A stretch of 64,000 nucleotides of DNA, taken from positions 153,326,001 to 153,390,000 of the forward strand of contig OZ024742.1 in the NCBI GenBank assembly GCA_964016885.1. Reading direction: 5' to 3'. The stretch is from Eledone cirrhosa. Lineage: Eukaryota. The notes under the pieces were generated by a model. That model was not told where the DNA came from. It ran no database searches and saw only the letters and a list, made by a program, of their open reading frames with translations. A program made the position numbers and the translations under genes. Positions 58,995-64,000 of the stretch are shown piece by piece (position 1 is the stretch's first letter; each line of letters opens with the position of its first letter).

Positions 58995-59024
58995 GAGATA
59001 TATATATATATATATATATATATC

Positions 59025-59133
<109 letters not shown>

Positions 59134-59460
59134 GGAGTGAGAGTGTTAAACTCAAATAGTTTTTTAAAATTAAATAGCTCAAAGAAACGAATATTTCTGA
59201 GCCCTGTAATATATGATAAACACTGATACAAGTATACATGTGTTTGCATTGCAAGTGACCAACTTAGCTACATTGAAAAATAATAATTAAAATAATACGG
59301 TTTGCCTGTCTCGATTTAAAATAATAAATCAATAAAAACAAACCTATATTGGCAATAGCCGTGACACTTATATATATATATATATATATATATGCATACA
59401 TACATACATACATACGTACATACATACATACATACATACATACATACATACATACATACA

Positions 59461-60064
59461 TGGTGGCTGCCAACTCGTTTTCGAGTACGGCCACTACTTT
59501 ATATCCATGTAGGAGAACCCCTACTGATGCGCTGAACGAGTGTGACTTTTTAGTCCAGCCAGCGACTTGAAAGCTCTGGTACAAACACTACACTTGTGAC
59601 AATTATTGACACATAGTGCTGGGCCCATGGTACCATGTGACGACAAATGCAGAGAGATCTCCAGATATAAAGCAATGCCTGTGCCGTGAAGCTTTTATAG
59701 TGAGCAAAGGCACTGCACAAAGCCAGTCCCACTCTCTTAACCAAGATGATATTTACCAAAAAGAAGAACAAGTCAACATCATTGGATACCATCAGGGTTG
59801 CAGGTGTTATATCAGAGTTTTCCTTCTCCTAGAATTCTGCCTTGACAAAGGCTAAGGGGTCATCTCTCCCGGTGATTTTGGATGGCCATTGACTCTTAAG
59901 AGCTCCTTTGCCTTTTGACAGGTTTTGTTTTTAGTCCTGCAGGATGTCCAATGTCACCCTCCTCACCAAGAAACCTTGGTGGGGTTGACAGTTTAGTCGC
60001 CAACGACCCGACCATGGGACAGGTTGTACTGGAATACATGTTACCAGTAGCACCAACTGGTGAC
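59461..60064 (-). repeat. ~600-bp interspersed repeat, copy 1 (SINE-like or LINE 5'-leader-like)
   Basis: Collinear with 60896-61482; both copies abut microsatellites at the same end. Confidence 0.8.
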
Positions 60065-60146
60065 CTGACATACATACATACATACATACATACATACATA
60101 CATACATACATACATCTATATATATGTATATATATATATATATTTA

Positions 60147-60895
<749 letters not shown>

Positions 60896-61482
60896 TGGCT
60901 GCCAACTCGTTTTCGAGTACGGCCACTACTTTATATGCATGTAGGAGAATCCCTACCGATGCGTTGAACGAGGGTTGTTTTCTAGTCCAGCCAGCGACTT
61001 GAAAACTCTGGCACAAACACTACACTTGTGACAACTATTGACACACAGTGCTGGGCCCATGCTACCATGTGACGACAAGTACAGAGAGATCGCCAGATAT
61101 AAAGCAATGCCTGTGCCGTGAAGCTTTTATCGTGAGCAAAGGCACTGCACAAACCCAGTCCCACTATCTTAACCAAGATGATATTTACCAAAAAGAAGGA
61201 CAAGTCAACATCATTGGATACCATCAGGGTTGCAGGTGTTATATCAGAGTTTTCTCCTAGAACACTGCCTTGACAAAGGCTAATGGTCATCTCTCCCGGT
61301 GATTTTGGATGGCCATTGACTCATAAGAGCTCCTTTGCCCTTTGACAGGTTTCGTTTTTAATCCTGCAGGATGACCAAAGTCACCCTCCTCACCAAGAAA
61401 ATTTGGTGGGGTTGCCAGTTTAGTCGCCAACGACCCGACCATGAAATAGGTCGTACTGGGATACATGTTACCAGTAGCACCA
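60896..61482 (-). repeat. ~600-bp interspersed repeat, copy 2
   Basis: Collinear with 59461-60064. Confidence 0.8.
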
Positions 61483-61702
61483 AGTCAGGTCAAGATATGT
61501 CCACATATTTAAGAGAGTGAGGGTGAGAAAACAAGAAACAGAGCCTAAAACAAAAAAATGAGAAATGACTTAGGGAGAGAGAGAGAAGAGGGGGAGTAAA
61601 GAGCGGGAATCAGATCGATGGAGGAGAACTTTTGGACAATTGCGAAGCATAATATAAATATATCTGTGTGTGTGTATGTATATATATACATATGTATGTA
61701 TA

Positions 61703-61778
<76 letters not shown>

Positions 61779-62426
61779 TGAAAAATGGTGTGCTGCGTTG
61801 TTGCGAATATGAACATATGAATAAAAATAAACCGAAAAACAGGAAAAGTCCGTCATCAGTTGTCTGCTGATTCTCATTGGTATTTCTTCGCATTAAAGAC
61901 TAGATACATAAATTCAATGCGAGTGATAACTAAATTAAGTTATCGGGAATATATATATATATATATTATATTTTACTGTATTCTAATATTAGATTTAAAA
62001 GAGGAAATATAATTTCCAATAATTTTCTCTTTTATAGTATCTTCTCGTTAACATTGTAATACGATATTTTTGATATTCGCGGCAGGACAGTCATATATGT
62101 TATTGAATTTAATTTATGTGTTTGACAAAGATATTAAATTACAACTTAACAGATTTGCATTAAAATGTCGAACACTGAAAACCGCACAGTTTTAGATCCA
62201 GATAAAATAAAAATAAATAAAATACTACTGATGTGTTTTATAACACGAATAAAATTATCTGAGTCACATAAAACAAAAACAATATCTAAATTCAAGCAAG
62301 AAGGCTAAATAGTTATGAAATGTATAATATAATAATAACGAGTATTATGTCACCACGAATATAGTATGCATATTTATATATATATAAATAAACAAACAAA
62401 TAAATAAATAAATAAATAAGTATGGT

Positions 62427-62457
<31 letters not shown>

Positions 62458-62512
62458 ATTTGCTTATACACACACACACATATATACATATATATATATA
62501 TAAATAAATAGT

Positions 62513-62580
62513 TGTTTCTACTTTAGGCACAAGGCCAGCAATTATCCAGTGCATTACTGGTACTTTATTTTATCGACCCC
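62513..62580 (-). repeat. Short SINE-end-like fragment (also at 45266-45312 and 26408-26460)
   Basis: TTTCTACTTTAG.CACAAGGCCAGCAAT.A.CCAGTGCATTA recurs three times. Resemblance to octopod SINE ends is from memory only. Confidence 0.5.
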
Positions 62581-62589
62581 ATATAATAA

Positions 62590-62812
62590 TATATATGAAG
62601 ACTAAAATCCGAAGCGGGCAATAAGGATAATATATATATATGAAAATATATAAAACCATAGAGCAAATATTTATTAAAGTAACAGATAAAATTTCAAGTA
62701 AATAATCGCTGCTTTCACCCTTAACGGGATCTTCTGAAACTAGAGTTTCAGAAGATCCCGTCAAGGGCGAAAGCAGCGATTCTTTGCTTAAACTTAAATC
62801 TGTTATTTTAAT
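62590..62812. mobile_element. Fold-back remnant of the 8.6/11.6-kb PLE family terminus
   Basis: Matches 8560-8707. Arms 62673-62741 / 62744-62810. Confidence 0.85.
62744..62794 (+). ncRNA. Intact copy of the CAGAAGA hammerhead-like fold
   Basis: AGTTT-CAGAAGA-TCCC gtcaa GGGC-GAAA-GCA..TGC-TT-AAACT. Confidence 0.7.
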
Positions 62813-62828
62813 ATATATATATATATAT

Positions 62829-63035
62829 AGGAACAAGTAGGACCCCGACGGCTGAGCTCAAGCCGTTTCGACGGCTAATTCTGGACTAAAAAATGTTTAG
62901 TGCAGAATTAGCCGTCGAAACGGCTTGAGGTCAGCCGTCGGGGTACTACTCGTTCCTATTACCCACTCTACTACCCTAAGTATTGAGTACTGTGGTGCGT
63001 TACCGTCCACCTGGTTTCTTACCACATTTCCTCCG

Positions 63036-63040
<5 letters not shown>
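62829..63040 (+). repeat. Fold-back hairpin with HHR 3' half (family of 12844-12985)
   Basis: Arms span 62829-62957. Shares the terminus TTACCACATTTCCT.CGTTATATA with the 12.9-kb copy. Confidence 0.85.
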
Positions 63041-63093
<53 letters not shown>

Positions 63094-63239
63094 GGAGTGT
63101 AGTCGGAGTTACTGCAGGTTCATCCGGGTGAGCACTCGATATCTAGGTTGACTTCTGTGTTGAGGTGTAGAGATTTACAGATTGTATTATATTGAAAGGA
63201 TAACAAGGACGATTGTTATATATATATACATATATATTG

Positions 63240-63948
63240 CAGTTAATATAAAATCTATGTTCTTAGTTAGCTTACCTGTGATCACACTACATCTTTTATG
63301 CACCCATACTTTGCATTTGGGACATAAAATGGAGTTTCTACCTATTCCTTTCCTACACACTGAGTATGGCCATTTCCCGGATGGAACCGGTGCCCTATTT
63401 TCCTTCCTACAAACTAGAACTTTAGTCTTAGACAGGTTAATTTTAATGCCTTTTGCTTCTAGGCCATGCTTCCATGTTTGGAATTTCTTCTCTAGTTTAG
63501 CCATTTATTCAGCTATGAGCGTTAGATCACTGCGTATAGGAGTTCCCATGGGCAGCCGGTCTTGAACTCCACTGTTATAGCCTGAAGGGCAATAATAAAT
63601 AGTAGGGGGCTAAGAACAGAGCCCTGATGAACACCAACGTTTACGCTAAACTCTTCACTATATTCGTTGTTAATTCTAACCTTGCTGACTGTTTCTTTAT
63701 ACATGGCTTGTATAGCTCTCACACGCCATTCTTCAACGCCTAGTTTTCTAAGAGCCACCAGATAATGGAACGGGGAACTCTGTCAAAGACGTTCTCCAAG
63801 TCGACAAAAGCTAAGTATGGGGGTTTACTTTTAGCTAGGTACTTCTCCTGTAGTTGTCGTACAATGAAAAGAGCGCCTGTGGTACTATTACCTGACACAA
63901 ACCCGAACTGTATTTCATCTAGATCAATTCGCTCTCTGATTAGTTGTG

Positions 63949-63950
<2 letters not shown>
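63240..63950 (-). pseudogene. RTE-like LINE reverse transcriptase fragment with embedded Cys/His motif
   Basis: AFVDLENVFDRVP, GVHQGSVLSPLLF, WELLYA(DD) frameshifted, INLSKTKVL, C..CRKGIGRNSILCPKCKVWVHKRC. Confidence 0.88.
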
Positions 63951-63998
<48 letters not shown>

Positions 63999-64000
63999 TA

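Overview
AT-rich animal genomic DNA, probably an invertebrate. The RTE fragment and short SINE-like ends resemble cephalopod/octopod repeats, but that is recalled similarity, not a search result. No host protein-coding gene is recognisable. The window is a pile-up of non-LTR retroelements in (TA)n/(TAA)n/(CA)n microsatellites. (1) There are at least six decayed Penelope-like elements (PLEs; RT + GIY-YIG) of about three lineages, most with an inverted copy of their 3' end at the 5' truncation point. (2) More than a dozen hammerhead-ribozyme (HHR) folds can be read directly, belonging to about 10 unrelated sequence families. Three families have a U3-A8 compensated core and one has a fixed CAGAAGA (U4A) core. 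(3) A central 24-kb block (17.07-41.34 kb) holds R4/Dong-like RLE LINEs and Tx1/L1-like APE LINEs. The same tail-to-tail doublet, R4(+)-(TAA)n-Tx1(-), occurs twice with unshared inactivating lesions and visibly different degrees of decay. This doublet is the best candidate for an undescribed system: either a co-mobilised composite retroelement or a Tx1 family that targets R4/Dong tails. Other leads are an in-frame UGA at a conserved Cys of a Naiad-like PLE and fold-back palindromes whose apices sit at or inside HHRs. All structures were read by eye; boundaries are approximate.
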